From Verrucomicrobiota bacterium (GTDB lineage: Bacteria; Verrucomicrobiota; Verrucomicrobiia; Limisphaerales; Palsa-1400): a DNA stretch of 54,532 bases. Positions within the stretch are counted from its first letter, which is position 1; every line of letters starts with the position of its first letter. The stretch covers positions 1-54,532 of the forward strand of contig JBEKYR010000036.1 of assembly GCA_049510745.1 (NCBI GenBank), read 5' to 3'. Made by a program: the position numbers and the translations under genes. The notes below the pieces were generated by a model. It saw only the letters and a list, made by a program, of their open reading frames with translations, did not search any database and had not been told where the DNA came from. Shown piece by piece: positions 1-11,000 of this stretch.

Positions 1-138
1 GCCTTTGACGAGCACCCGGAAAAAACCCACCTGATGGCCGGCTATTTCGAGCTTCGGCCCAAGGTGTTTTTCGAGCTTTACGTCAGCGTGGACCTCTGGC
101 GCCGCTACCTCAAAACCCTGCCCCCGGAGAAGGACTGA
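1..138 (+). CDS. 3' end of a hypothetical protein (runs in from the left edge)
   Basis: Frame 1 is open from base 1 (AFDEHPEKTHLMAGYFELRPKVFFELYVSVDLWRRYLKTLPPEKD*) with GC3-rich codons; stop at 136-138, convergent with korB. Confidence 0.6.
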   Translation, partial: AFDEHPEKTHLMAGYFELRPKVFFELYVSVDLWRRYLKTLPPEKD

Positions 139-146
139 CCCCTCCG

Positions 147-1097
147 TTATTTCAAACGGTTGAAGGTGCTTTGCAGGATTTCCCAATCCTTCTTGCCGGC
201 AACCTTCTGGCGGGCCTCGCCGTTGATCTTCGCCTCCAGCTTGTTTTTGGTCGGCCGGTTGGATTTGTAAAAAATTCCAAAATAACCCGGAAACGGCGCG
301 TCGGCCAATTTGTAGGCGGCCACTTCATCGGTCACGTCGTGCCCGGCCGGCACCGGTTCAAACTTCCCGCCTTTGCGCGGGTTGGCGGCATCGAAGGCCC
401 CCTCGTAAAACTCCACGCATTCGCTCAGGCACTCGATCACACTGAAGCCGTCGTGGTCCATGGCCGCTTCCATCATTTGCAGCAAATGATTCGGATTGGT
501 ATGGGTGGCGCGCGCCACGAAGCTCGCCCCGGCGGCCAGCAGTTGCTTCATCGGATTGATCGGCTGGTCAATCGCTCCCCAGGCGTCGGTCTTGCTCTTG
601 AAACCCACCGGCGAGGTGGGCGAGGTCTGTTTTTTGGTCAACCCATAAACCCAGTTGTCCATGATCACATAGGTCATCTTGACGTTCTTGCGCGCCGTAT
701 GATTGACGTGGTTCCCGCCGATGGAAAAGGCGTCGCCGTCGCCGCCGAAAACAAACACGTGCAGGTCCGGGCGGGTCAGCGATATTCCGCTGGCAAAGGG
801 CAAGGCGCGGCCATGGAGAAAATGCGCGCCATAGGCCTGGACGAAATAAGGAAACCGGCTCGAGCAGCCTATGCCGGTAACGGACACGAACTTCTCGTGC
901 AAGAGCCTGCGTTTTTCAATCAATTTAAAGTACAGCGCCAGGACCGAAAAGTCGCCGCAACCGGGGCACCAGGTCGGGTGATCGGCGGCCAGTTCCTTTT
1001 TCGTCAGCGGTTTGCGCTCGATGGCGGGCGGCAAAATCTCCGCGGGAACTGAGATCATGTTGGCCCGTTGGGGGATTTGGACAGTGGATTCATTCAT
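147..1097 (-). CDS. korB: 2-oxoacid:ferredoxin oxidoreductase beta subunit (TPP-binding)
   Basis: PTWCPGCG, GIGCSSR, HGRALP, GGDGD...N TPP motif, YGLTKKQ; directly downstream of the alpha subunit. Confidence 0.93.
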   Translation of the reverse strand: MNESTVQIPQRANMISVPAEILPPAIERKPLTKKELAADHPTWCPGCGDFSVLALYFKLIEKRRLLHEKFVSVTGIGCSSRFPYFVQAYGAHFLHGRALPFASGISLTRPDLHVFVFGGDGDAFSIGGNHVNHTARKNVKMTYVIMDNWVYGLTKKQTSPTSPVGFKSKTDAWGAIDQPINPMKQLLAAGASFVARATHTNPNHLLQMMEAAMDHDGFSVIECLSECVEFYEGAFDAANPRKGGKFEPVPAGHDVTDEVAAYKLADAPFPGYFGIFYKSNRPTKNKLEAKINGEARQKVAGKKDWEILQSTFNRLK

Positions 1098-1130
1098 ATA
1101 ATTTCCTCGGAGGTTTCGTCATGATTGAAA

Positions 1131-2948
1131 TTAGAGTCTGCGCAGGCCGGCGGCGACGTCGCTCTTGACCCGCTCCAGGATTTCGCGCACTCGCCACGTC
1201 AAGCCGTCGGTCTTGTTCAGCCCGTGGATTTTGGCCAGGCAATAGCGCGCCCGCAGGATGCCGGCCAACTGGCCGTAGCCGTAAATTCCCTCGTCGTTCA
1301 TTTCCACCACGAGCACGTGGTTGAAGCCGGAAAAAATGTTCTCCAAACCGGGCGGCAACGGGTTGAGATGCCGCAGATTCAGCCCGGAAACGCTGTCCCC
1401 GGCGGCGCGGGCGCGATCCACCGCTTCACGAATCGGTCCCTGGGTCGATCCCCAGCCCAGCAGCAGGATGTTGCCTTCAGGCGGGCCATAGACCTGGGGC
1501 GTGGGCAGTTCGGCGGCCAGCATTTGCAATTTCTGGCGGCGGCGCGCGGTCATTTGCATGTGCAGCTTGGGCGAGCCGGTCGGGTGCCCGGCTTCATCGT
1601 GTTCCAACCCGCCGGCGATCGGATACCTTCCGCTCAAGATCGGCGTCCCCGCCACCACCCGCGGCGCGACCCCGCCGTCCAGCGGGTAGGGCGTGTAATC
1701 GGCCACCGGCGACAGGTCCGGCGTGAGGTCCTGGCAAAGTTTCTCCAGCTTCGGCTCTTCCATCGCTTCGATGCGCGTGGCGATCGACTGGTCGCTGAGG
1801 ATGAACACCGGCACATTGTATTTGCGCGCGATGTTGACCGCCTCGATGGCCGTGTAAAAACAATCTTCCACGCTCGCCGGCGCCAGCACCACCCGCGGCG
1901 AATCGCCGTGCCCGCCAAAGCAGGCGATGTTCAAATCCGATTGCTCGACGTTGGTCGGCAGGCCCGTCGAGGGGCCGCCGCGCTGCACGTCGCATATCAC
2001 CAACGGCACTTCCGCCATCACCGCCCAGCCGATGGCTTCGCCCTTGAGGGAAATGCCCGGTCCGCTCGAACCGGTGACCGCAACCCGCCCGGCCCAGCCC
2101 GCGCCGATCGCCATGCACGCCGACGCGATTTCATCTTCGCACTGCACGAACGTGCCGCCGTACTTGGGCAGCTCGCGCCGGAGCAATTCCATCACTTCGG
2201 ACCAGGGCGTGATCGGATAAGCGGCCCCAAAACGAACCCCCGCCGCGATCAACCCGTAAGCCAGCGCTTCGTTGCCCGTCATCACCACTTGCTGGCCGTT
2301 CCTCCTGGCCGGTTCAACGAATTTGAACGTCTCCAGCACTTCGCCCAGGGAATATCCATAACCGGCCTGGAAGGCCATCAGCGCGCTCTTGACCACGCTG
2401 TCGTCCTTGCCGGAAAACCGCTCGGTGATCAGCCGCTCCAGCTTGGGCACATTCAAATCGAACATCTTCGCCACCAAGCCCAGCGTGAAAATGTTCTTCC
2501 CTTTGTCCTTGGCCGTGCCGCCGATGGCTTCAATTGTCCGGCTGGAGATCGGAACGGGCAGATGCCGGTAATTCTTTTCCCAGTCGGGGTTGGGCTGGAC
2601 GTGGTCGGAATCGAACAGGACAATCCCCCCTTTCCGCAACGAGCCAATGTGCTCCTCATAGGAATGCGGATAAAAAGCCACCAGCATGTCGGCCTCGTCC
2701 CCCGCGCTCAAGACCTCGCCCGAGCCGATGCGCACCTGGAAGATGGACGGCCCGCCGGAAATGGTGGAAGGAATGGTCATGAACGTCATGACCTCCTGCT
2801 CGCTCCGTCCGGCCAGCCGGGCCAGGAAACCGCCGATGGCCTGGATGCCATCCTGCGAGTTGCCGGCAAACCGGATGACGGCTTCCGAGATTTTCGACAC
2901 TTTGGCCGTTCCGCCGTTGGTGGACGGAGTCACAATGGGTTCACTCAT
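1131..2948 (-). CDS. korA: 2-oxoacid:acceptor oxidoreductase alpha subunit (fused gamma-alpha)
   Basis: N-terminal gamma domain (IRFAGNSQDG), YPITP, EDE, SGPG, QRGGPSTGLPT, VEMN motifs. Confidence 0.93.
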   Translation of the reverse strand: MSEPIVTPSTNGGTAKVSKISEAVIRFAGNSQDGIQAIGGFLARLAGRSEQEVMTFMTIPSTISGGPSIFQVRIGSGEVLSAGDEADMLVAFYPHSYEEHIGSLRKGGIVLFDSDHVQPNPDWEKNYRHLPVPISSRTIEAIGGTAKDKGKNIFTLGLVAKMFDLNVPKLERLITERFSGKDDSVVKSALMAFQAGYGYSLGEVLETFKFVEPARRNGQQVVMTGNEALAYGLIAAGVRFGAAYPITPWSEVMELLRRELPKYGGTFVQCEDEIASACMAIGAGWAGRVAVTGSSGPGISLKGEAIGWAVMAEVPLVICDVQRGGPSTGLPTNVEQSDLNIACFGGHGDSPRVVLAPASVEDCFYTAIEAVNIARKYNVPVFILSDQSIATRIEAMEEPKLEKLCQDLTPDLSPVADYTPYPLDGGVAPRVVAGTPILSGRYPIAGGLEHDEAGHPTGSPKLHMQMTARRRQKLQMLAAELPTPQVYGPPEGNILLLGWGSTQGPIREAVDRARAAGDSVSGLNLRHLNPLPPGLENIFSGFNHVLVVEMNDEGIYGYGQLAGILRARYCLAKIHGLNKTDGLTWRVREILERVKSDVAAGLRRL

Positions 2949-3322
2949 TTTACGATGGTAAGTTAAATTGATTCCGGCCGAAAGTCTGTCTGGGCACGTT
3001 CCCTTTCGGCTGTCGCACTTCGCACTGGCGAAACTGATTCAGGGTAGTACGGTAACATTTTGCCATAAGCATGTCAAATGCCGTCTTCATTTCATAACAC
3101 TCTTATCGTCAATAACTTGCGTAAACTCCCGGCCCCTGCCGGGGGCACACGATGGAAACTATTAGTGTCACTTATTGCGGTGCGTGACAGCTTAACCCGT
3201 TTTAATGCTTCTTATCACGCCAGGCCGGGAACGTGGCCGGGGGACCACCCTGATTCTTCCTTCATGCTTCATATTATTATCACGAGCACTCGTGGCAATT
3301 CCGCACCCGCCATTCCGCACCC

Positions 3323-3378
3323 TCATCAATTCACTGATTCACTGACTCGCTGATTCTTCACCGGTTCCCTGATTCAAA
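3323..3378. repeat. Direct repeat copy 1: (ATTCACTG)n + ATTCTTCxCCGGTTCCCTGATTCAAA
   Basis: Near-identical to 4748-4811. Confidence 0.85.
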
Positions 3379-3414
3379 TCCGTGTGATCCCCCATCCGTG
3401 GTTCCATTCCCCAG

Positions 3415-4695
3415 TCACTTCGCGCGTCCGTTCAGAAAGGACGGCATCACCTCGTTCTGCGTGATCTGGTCCAGTGTCTGGCATTTTCGGATAAGTTCGG
3501 CCGTTCCGTTCTCAGAGATCATCACTTCAGCGGCTTCCGGGAAGGAATTGTAGTTTTTGGCTGACATGCTCGAACAATAGGCTCCCGCGCCGCCGAGGAC
3601 AACCAGGTCGCCAATGCGTGTTTCCGGCAGCAATCGCCCTTGCAACGCCTCCGGCCTGCCCGGAGCGGGCGTAAGCACGTCGCCGCTTTCGCAGCAGTGT
3701 CCGACCACGACGTACTCTGCCTGCCTGCGTGCCCCGCTCGCGGCGGCCACGACCTCAATGGGATGTTGTGCCCCGTACATGCTCGGTCTGAGAATCTCGG
3801 TCATCCCGGCATCCAGCTTCAGAAACTTGTAACCGCGGCGTCCCGTATCCACGACGTCAATGACGCTGGCGATCAGGGCGCACGCATTGGCCACAAGATA
3901 CGTGCCGGGCTCCACTTCAAGATGCAGCCTTCGACCATGTTTTGCCGCGAAGGATCGAAATGCCTGGGCGACGGGAAGTCCAATCCGCCGCAAGTCTGTC
4001 GTCTCCTCGCCCTGCACTCGGCCGACTCTGTATCCGCCGCCCAGGTTCAGCACGGTCACATCCGGCAGGCGCGAGCAGGTGTCCAACGACATCAAGGCCA
4101 CGCGTTGCCAAAGCCGGGGGTCGCTCCCCGATCCAATGTGCGTGTGCAGACGCGTAAACTTCAGGCCATAGCGCCGTCCCGCCGCCAGCGCGTCGTCCAG
4201 GTGCTCATGCCAGATGCCGAAACTGGCCGCCGGCCCGCCCACGTTCGTCCGCTTGTTGTGCCCGGAGCCAAGACCTGGATTGACCCGGATGGAAAGTTGG
4301 CCGCCGGGAAATCGTGCTCCAAACGCGTGGATTTGCGCGACCGAGCAGGCGTTGAACCGGACTCCCCTCTCGACCAGCGCCTGCAGATTGTCTGGCGTTT
4401 CTTGCGCCGTCAGTTGAATCCGTTCAGGGGATACGCCCGCGCGGAGCGCGCGCTCGACCTCGTGGCCGCTGCTCGCGTCCACGTGCAGGCCGGCGTCGGT
4501 CAACACCTTCAGCACCGCGCTGGTCGGGCAGGCCTTCATCGCGTAACGGGCCGTCAGGCCGAAAGCGTTGGGAAAGCCGAGCACGAGACGAGCCTGACGC
4601 CGCAGCGTCCGCTGATCATACACGAAAACAGGCGTCCCAAACTCCCGGCGGATGGAGCGTGCTTTTTCTTTGGCAAGAAACGGTATCCACTTCAT
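3415..4695 (-). CDS. lysA: Diaminopimelate decarboxylase
   Basis: GTPVFVYD, YAMKA (PLP lysine), HTHIGS, LNLGGG, EPG, RPSMYGA, CESGD, GAY; start moved to ATG 4695 (MKWIPF), which has an AGGAG RBS. Confidence 0.93.
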   Translation of the reverse strand: MKWIPFLAKEKARSIRREFGTPVFVYDQRTLRRQARLVLGFPNAFGLTARYAMKACPTSAVLKVLTDAGLHVDASSGHEVERALRAGVSPERIQLTAQETPDNLQALVERGVRFNACSVAQIHAFGARFPGGQLSIRVNPGLGSGHNKRTNVGGPAASFGIWHEHLDDALAAGRRYGLKFTRLHTHIGSGSDPRLWQRVALMSLDTCSRLPDVTVLNLGGGYRVGRVQGEETTDLRRIGLPVAQAFRSFAAKHGRRLHLEVEPGTYLVANACALIASVIDVVDTGRRGYKFLKLDAGMTEILRPSMYGAQHPIEVVAAASGARRQAEYVVVGHCCESGDVLTPAPGRPEALQGRLLPETRIGDLVVLGGAGAYCSSMSAKNYNSFPEAAEVMISENGTAELIRKCQTLDQITQNEVMPSFLNGRAK

Positions 4696-4747
4696 GCGCG
4701 TGCTCCTACCATCCCTCAAGTCCGCCCGCAAGACTAACCTAACCCAC

Positions 4748-4811
4748 TCATAAATTCACTGATTCACTGATTCACTGATTCACTGATTCTTCTCCGGTTC
4801 CCTGATTCAAA
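4748..4811. repeat. Direct repeat copy 2 with four ATTCACTG units
   Basis: tcataaattcactgattcactgattcactgattcactgattcttctccggttccctgattcaaa; matches 3323-3378. Confidence 0.85.
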
Positions 4812-5076
4812 CCTCACCGATTCCCCCGCGTTTTGTGGTCGCAACTCCTTGTCTCTGTGTTCTTTGCGGTTAAACCCTCTTCTCCTGAAAGAAAACCCTT
4901 GCATAATACATAAAACAATGGTAATATCTCCTTCGATGAAACTCGGAATCATCACATGGGGGAGGGCGCGGTCCGGCTCCAGCCGGTCCGCCGGCAACCC
5001 GCCGGCCGGCTTCCGGGCCGGCCTTCCACCGGCAGATTTTGCCGGTCCGGCCCCTCCAGCAGATTCAATCGGGCTG

Positions 5077-5115
5077 AATCGTGCCTAATCGTGCCTAATC
5101 GTGCCTAATCGTGCC
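5077..5115. repeat. Tandem 10-bp repeat AATCGTGCCT x~4
   Basis: Directly visible; followed by an A-tract. Confidence 0.9.
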
Positions 5116-5238
5116 AAAAATAAAAAAATCTCAACCGCGATTGATGAATCATACGCTAAAGAATAATCCGTTTCTGAGCCTTCGCCACTTTCACCCCGGA
5201 GAATTTCGGGGCTGCATCCCCATGGCCGCTCCGAGTAG

Positions 5239-5266
5239 ATTCGACCCAATTCGACCCAATTCGACC
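5239..5266. repeat. Tandem 10-bp repeat ATTCGACCCA x~3
   Basis: Directly visible; followed by an A-tract. Confidence 0.9.
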
Positions 5267-5298
5267 AAAAAAACATGAGTCGGAACCTTCAACTCGTC

Positions 5299-5366
5299 TC
5301 CGCCATCCTGTCCGCCATCTTGTCCGCCGTAGCCTTGGCGAAGGCGGAAGCCTTGGCGAAGGCGGA
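5299..5366. repeat. REP-like element: (TCCGCCATCyTG)x2 + TCCGCCGT + (AGCCTTGGCGAAGGCGGA)x2
   Basis: Tandem units with internal GCCTT/AAGGC and TCCGCC/GGCGGA complementarity. Confidence 0.75.
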
Positions 5367-5400
5367 TTGATCTCTGGCGCAAAATATGGCTAATTGCAGC

Positions 5401-5859
5401 ATGACGACGAAAGAAATCCGGGGCCGGCAACCCGACGCCGTTTCCCAGTTCGCCGTGTTCATGCCCAACCGCATGGGGCGGCTGCACGACCTCATCGCCG
5501 TGCTCAGTTCCAACGCCGTTCACGTCCTGGCCGTGACGGTTTTGGACGCCTCGGAAAGCGCCATCATCCGGGTGGTCGTCGATGATCCGCAGGCCGCCCG
5601 CCGCCTTCTGCCGGAGCACGGCTTTGCCTTCACCGAAAGCCAGTTGCTCGCGGTGGAAATCGACGCCGCCACCCAACTGCCCGAATTGATGGCCGCCTTC
5701 CTCGAAGCCGAAGTCAATATCAATTATATGTACTGCTTCATCCCCCATCCGCGGGGCAAATCGATCCTCGGCCTCAGCCTCGAAGACATCGAAGTCGGCG
5801 AACGGGTCCTTTCCCGCCACAATTTCCGCGTCCTGCGCCAGGCGGACATTTCCCGCTGA
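5401..5859 (+). CDS. Tandem ACT-domain protein
   Basis: QFAVFMPNRMGRL...VLAVTV and L..F.EAEVNINYMY double-ACT pattern; start could be 5386 or 5401. Confidence 0.8.
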   Translation: MTTKEIRGRQPDAVSQFAVFMPNRMGRLHDLIAVLSSNAVHVLAVTVLDASESAIIRVVVDDPQAARRLLPEHGFAFTESQLLAVEIDAATQLPELMAAFLEAEVNINYMYCFIPHPRGKSILGLSLEDIEVGERVLSRHNFRVLRQADISR

Positions 5860-5868
5860 CGCGCCGGC

Positions 5869-7782
5869 ATGAGCAGAATCGTCGGCATCGATCTGGGCAC
5901 CACCAACTCGCTGGTGGCCGCCGTCGATTCCGGCCTCCCTTATGTCATCGCCGATTCGGACGGACAACGCCTCACGCCCTCCGTCGTCCATTATCCGGCG
6001 GACCACGCGCCCCCGCTGGTGGGCCGCAACGCCCAGCGCCTCCGCGTCGTCCAGCCCGCCGCAACGGTCTATTCGATCAAACGCTTCATGGGACGGCGCG
6101 GGGCCGACATTTCCGGCGAGGAGATGCTCGTCACTTACGCCGTCAAAGGCGAAGGCGCCGGACCGGCCCGCGTTGAGATTCATGGCCGCTCGTTCACGCC
6201 GGAGGAAATTTCCGCCGAAATCCTCAAGAAACTCCGGCGCGACGCCGAGGCCGCCCTGGGCGAAGCGATCACCCGCGCCGTCATCACTGTGCCCGCCTAC
6301 TTCAACGACGCCCAGCGCAACGCCACCAAAAAGGCCGGGGAACTTGCCGGGTTCACCGTCGAACGCATCGTCAACGAGCCGACCGCCGCGGCCCTGGCCT
6401 ACGGTCTGGACCGGTTGAAGGAGAAATCCAAAATCGCCGTCTATGACCTGGGCGGCGGCACCTTTGATCTCTCGATCCTCGAATTGACCGGCGGCGTCTT
6501 TCAGGTCCTCTCCACCCACGGCGACACCCGCCTGGGCGGCGACGATTTGGACAAGCGCCTGGTGGATTTCATTGTTGACAAAATCAAGGCCGCCGGCGGC
6601 CCGGACCCGGCCGCCGATCTCTCCCTGCTCGCCCGCCTCCGCGAGACGGCCGAGCAGGCCAAAATCCGCCTCTCCACCGACGAAACCGCCGAGATCGCCC
6701 TCCCGTTTCTGGCGCCGGATTTTCACTTTCATTACGCCCTGCGGCGCGCCGAGTTGGAGGCCCTGACGCGCGACCTCATCCAGCGCACACGCCCGCACTG
6801 CCTGCGCTCGCTGGCCGACGCCAAACTGGAGGCGCGCGACCTCGATCAAGTCATCCTCGTCGGCGGCCAGACGCGCATGCCGCTGGTGCGGCGGACCGTG
6901 GCGGAGATTTTTGGCTGCGCGGAATTTGACGAGGCGCGCGGCGGCCTGCGGCTTGGCGCCGCCTATCACAAACCGTCCGGCCCGCAACTGAACACCTCGC
7001 AAAACCCGGACGAAGCCGTCGCCCTTGGGGCGGCCATCCAGGCGGAAATCCTCTCCGGCGGCTTCAAAAACATCCTTTTGCTTGACGTTACCCCGCTCTC
7101 CCTCGGCCTGGAAACCTTTGGCGGCCTGATGAACGTCCTCATCCCGCGCAACTCCACCATTCCCATCAAAGCCGGCGAAATGTTCACCACCGCCGTCGAT
7201 TATCAGCGCGACATGCTCATCCACGTCCTCCAGGGCGAACGCGAGCGGGCCGGGGACAACTGGAGCCTGGGCCGGTTCACGCTCGAGTTCGAGCCGGCCC
7301 CCAGGGGCGTCCCGCGCGTCGGCGTCCAATTCGAGATCGACGCCAGCGGCATCCTGCACGTGTTGGCCCGCGACACCCGCACCGGCAAGCAGAAGATCGT
7401 CGAAATGAAATCCGCCGTCGATGTCTCCGACGCCGCCGTGCAACAGATGGTCGAGGAATCCGTCGAGCACGCCTTCGACGACCTGCGCGCCCGGCAATGG
7501 ATCGAAGCCAGACTGCGCGCCCAGGAAACCCTGGCCGCCGCCCGCAAAGGATTGACCCAATGCGTTGGGGACCTCGACGCCGCCTACACCGCGACCGTGG
7601 CCGCCGCCATGCGGGCCGTCGAAGAAACCCTGGCGGGCGAGAATCCCGAAACCAAGACCGGCGACGCCGGCCGCCTGAAGACGGCGCTGGGCGCGTTGGA
7701 CGAAGCGACCAAGCCGCTGGCGGAAATGTTAATGGACCGGGCGATGGAAGCGATGTTGCGCAAAAGAGGGATCATTCAATAA
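5869..7782 (+). CDS. Hsp70 family chaperone (DnaK/HscA-like paralog)
   Basis: [48 protein letters not shown] linker. Confidence 0.93.
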   Translation: MSRIVGIDLGTTNSLVAAVDSGLPYVIADSDGQRLTPSVVHYPADHAPPLVGRNAQRLRVVQPAATVYSIKRFMGRRGADISGEEMLVTYAVKGEGAGPARVEIHGRSFTPEEISAEILKKLRRDAEAALGEAITRAVITVPAYFNDAQRNATKKAGELAGFTVERIVNEPTAAALAYGLDRLKEKSKIAVYDLGGGTFDLSILELTGGVFQVLSTHGDTRLGGDDLDKRLVDFIVDKIKAAGGPDPAADLSLLARLRETAEQAKIRLSTDETAEIALPFLAPDFHFHYALRRAELEALTRDLIQRTRPHCLRSLADAKLEARDLDQVILVGGQTRMPLVRRTVAEIFGCAEFDEARGGLRLGAAYHKPSGPQLNTSQNPDEAVALGAAIQAEILSGGFKNILLLDVTPLSLGLETFGGLMNVLIPRNSTIPIKAGEMFTTAVDYQRDMLIHVLQGERERAGDNWSLGRFTLEFEPAPRGVPRVGVQFEIDASGILHVLARDTRTGKQKIVEMKSAVDVSDAAVQQMVEESVEHAFDDLRARQWIEARLRAQETLAAARKGLTQCVGDLDAAYTATVAAAMRAVEETLAGENPETKTGDAGRLKTALGALDEATKPLAEMLMDRAMEAMLRKRGIIQ

Positions 7783-7789
7783 GGGAGGC

Positions 7790-7877
7790 TGGTGCCGGAG
7801 GCGGGACTCGAACCCGCACGTCCTGTTACGGACCCAGGATTTTAAGTCCTGTGCGTCTGCCATTTCGCCACTCCGGC
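7790..7877 (-). tRNA. tRNA-Leu(TAA)
   Basis: Reverse complement GCCGGAGTGGCGAAATGGCAGACGCACAGGACTTAAAATCCTG...GGTTCGAGTCCCGCCTCCGGCACCA: cloverleaf with long variable arm, TAA anticodon, encoded CCA. Confidence 0.96.
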
Positions 7878-8013
7878 AACTGACTTATTGTCAACCACTC
7901 TGAAGCGATAGGCAACGGCGAATTTTTTCGCTCTGTATCCTGTCTTTGTGTCCCTCGGTTTTTGTCAATACAAACATGCGGGAAACTGAATTATCTTCGT
8001 TCGTTCGACTTGA

Positions 8014-11000
8014 TTACGGCGCCAGACGATAGAACACGCACGCGTTTGTGCTCACCGCGGTCGAGTAACTGTTGCCGCCGTCGGTTCCCGGAATGGTGAC
8101 CCAATTCGTGCCGATGCCGGCCGTCAGCGGATCGGTCTGCATCTGCAAATGCAGGCCCGTGTAAGAGGCCGGCCACGACAGGTTCAACTGCCCGCCCGAA
8201 AGCGGCGCGGTGATTATTCCCGTTCCCGGCGGCGCGACGGAGGACACCGTGACCGACCCGTTCACAGCCAGATGGTTTGCAACGGTGAAACCCGGCGAAA
8301 CAATCGTCATGGCAGCGCCGGTGACCGGCTGACTGAAGATGGCAAAGTGGTCTCCGACGACGAGGTTTGGGCCGAAATTGAGCAGTTTCAAAGTCCCGCC
8401 GGAATTGGTGATGCTGCCGGCAACCGAGATCATGCTGTTGGACGGCGACAACGCCTTGTTCAGCGTGACCACGACGGTTCCCGATGAAATGCTCATATTG
8501 CCCCCCACGTCCAACGCGCCGACAGAGCCGACAGCGCCCGGAAGAAGAGTGCCGCCACTCACGTTCAAGTCGCCGCCAACCGAGCCGTTGACCAACACCA
8601 GCGTGCCGTTGCTGACCGTGGTGGAGCCGGTATAAGTGTTGTTGGCGGTAAGCGTGACTGTGCCGAAGCCTTCCTGCAACACGGCACCCATGTTTGCGGC
8701 ATTTGTTGAACCCGATCCGCTGATAAGACCGCTGAACGTGAAGTTATCGGGGCGGTTGAAAATCAGTGTCCGAGCGACATCAAATGATGTAACGCTGTTG
8801 GTAAAGAGCACGTTGCCGACGATCGAGCCGGCGCCGGGGGTGACGCCATCGCCGAGGATGATCGCGCCGCCTTTAATGATCGTGCCGCCGGTATAAGTGT
8901 TCGTGCCGGTCAACGTCACATCGCCGGGGTTAAAGTTGTTGACGTCTTTCGTCACGGAACCCATTCCGCTGATGTTCCCGCTGTAAACGAAGAAGCCGTT
9001 GTCTTGGCGGACAAAGAGGAGCGAGCCGTTGTTGGTGATGTTGCCCACTATGGAGCCCTGGTTGCCTGAGCCAACCTGCAACTGGGCGCCGGGGAAAATG
9101 GTCGTGCCGCCGGTATAAGTTTCGGCGCCCAAAAGCTGCAGCAGGCCGGAACCTTGTTTTATCAGTTGTCCCGTTCCGCTGATGGCGGCGTTATATCCGG
9201 CCAAAGTGAAGGAGCCCGTGCTGTTGAAGATGAGCGTGCCGTTGTTAACTATGGGGCTGTTGTTGTAAAGGGAGCCAGTAGCTCCGCCGTTGCCAATTTG
9301 CAAGGTGCCGGCGTTGATGGCTGTGCCGCCCGAATAGGTGTTGTTACCGGGAAGAATGACCCTGCCGCTGCCCTGCTGGGTGACGGAGCCGGTGCCGCTG
9401 ACGACACCGATGGTCAGAGTGCCTGAACTGTCGAAGATGAGGCTGCCGTTGTCGGTGATGGTGTTGGTGCCGATAGCACCGCTCGCGCCGCCCGCGCCGA
9501 TTTGCAGCGTCCCGCTGGCAATCGTTGTCACGCCGGAATACGTATTGGTTCCGGTCAAAACCCAGGTGCCCGCGCCGTTCTTCGTCAGCGAAGTCGCGCC
9601 GCCATGGTCAGCGAGCGCGGCGGCGAGCGTGTTGGCGTCTGTGTCGGCGCCCGTCAAAGTGAGCGTGCGCGCGCCGGTGCCGCTGAAGCCGACCGAGCCG
9701 GTGTTGTTCAGGGTCAACGCGCCGGAACCCGAGGCGTCAATCGCGCCGCCGCCGGCGCCGAGCGTGAACAAGCGATCACAGCTCACCCCGCCGCCGGTGT
9801 ATTGCAGCGCGCCGCCATTGAGCACCAGATTTGAGGCGCTGTTGTTTGGAGCGCCGATGTCGCTGGCTGAACCGCCGTTGGCCAGCGCGCTGACGCTCAA
9901 CGTGCCGCCGCTGACGGTCGTGACGCTGGTGTAGGTGTTGGCGCCGCCCGACAGCGTGAGTGTGGCGCTGCCGCTCTTGCTCAAGCCGGTGCCGCCGCAA
10001 ATGTCTTTTCCGGGGCTGGAAGTGATGCTGTAAATCAGGATGCTGTTATTCACAGTAACACTCGCCGGCCAAACAAGGGCATTAATGGTCACAGTTGTCG
10101 TTCCTGGAGCCGTGTCGTCGAACAATGCCGGGCCGCCGTTGGTAAAAATCGCCGGGCCGCCGTTTTGTTTCCAGTTGTTCGGGGTGGTCAAGTCCCAACT
10201 GCCGTTGTTCAAGCCCGTCCAGACGTAAGAAGTCCCAGTAATGGTCAGGTAAAGCGTGTTGCCTGAGATCGAGAGGTTGCCCATACAGCCGCTTAACGTT
10301 CCCAGAGCGACTGTCGGCGCTGAACCGCTCGTCCAGGTGAGCAACGGATAACTCCGCCTTACAGTGAGCGTGCCGCTATTGACGTTGATGGTGAGCGTGC
10401 CGGCGGATGAAAGCGTGCCCGCCGCCAGCGGCGCAGTTGTCGTGCTGTTCACATTGTTGAACTCCAAAGTCGCGCCGGCGCTCGTTCCCAAAATCAGCGT
10501 GCCCGGCGCGACTGGCGTGCCGGTGGCAGTGACGCCGAGAGCCGCGCCGTCGGCGACGGTGATGTTGCCGGAGCCGGACATCGAGCCTTGAAATACCAAT
10601 TCACCGGCATTGACGGTGGTCGGTCCGCTGTAAGTGTTCGAGCCTGCAAGTGTGAGCGTGCCCGCGCCGGCTTTGGTGAGCGTGCCGCCGCTGCTGCTCA
10701 GTCCGGTCGCGAACGTCACGCTCTGTCCTCCGGTGTCAAAACTATACGCCTGACTGGCCGCCGTGCTGAAGCGCGGAGAGTAATCGAAGGTGTTGTTCAC
10801 GCTGAATCCCAGCGTGCCACCGGTGAATGAAATGGTGTTGCTGACACCGAGCGGGCCGTTAGTCCCGCCGTTCTCGGCGCCGCCGGCGACCAACTCGCCT
10901 CCGCTGAGGGTCGTGCTGCCGGTATAGGTGTTCGCGCCCGAAAGCGTGAGCGTGCCGTTGTTGACCCGCAGCGGGCCGGCGCCGGAAATGACGCCGGAGA

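Noticed and set aside
1125..2966. Long plus-strand ORFs opposite korA (likewise 37300-38928, 38932-41409, 34813-36294, 52496-54085)
   Set aside because: Antisense shadows of well-supported genes in high-GC DNA
2977..3010. GCCGAAAG...CTTTCGGC hairpin in the korA leader as a riboswitch
   Set aside because: A single 8-bp stem with no recognisable aptamer (no TPP consensus)
4752..5366. Possible CRISPR array in the repeat-rich spacer
   Set aside because: Units are 8-18 bp and tandem with no unique spacers; no cas genes
5191..7560. 789-aa antisense ORF opposite the Hsp70 gene
   Set aside because: Typical shadow ORF of GC3-biased Hsp70 genes; no motifs
7790..7877. Canonical tRNA-integrated island
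   Set aside because: No direct repeat of the tRNA 3' end and no integrase; the accessory block is on the tRNA 5' side
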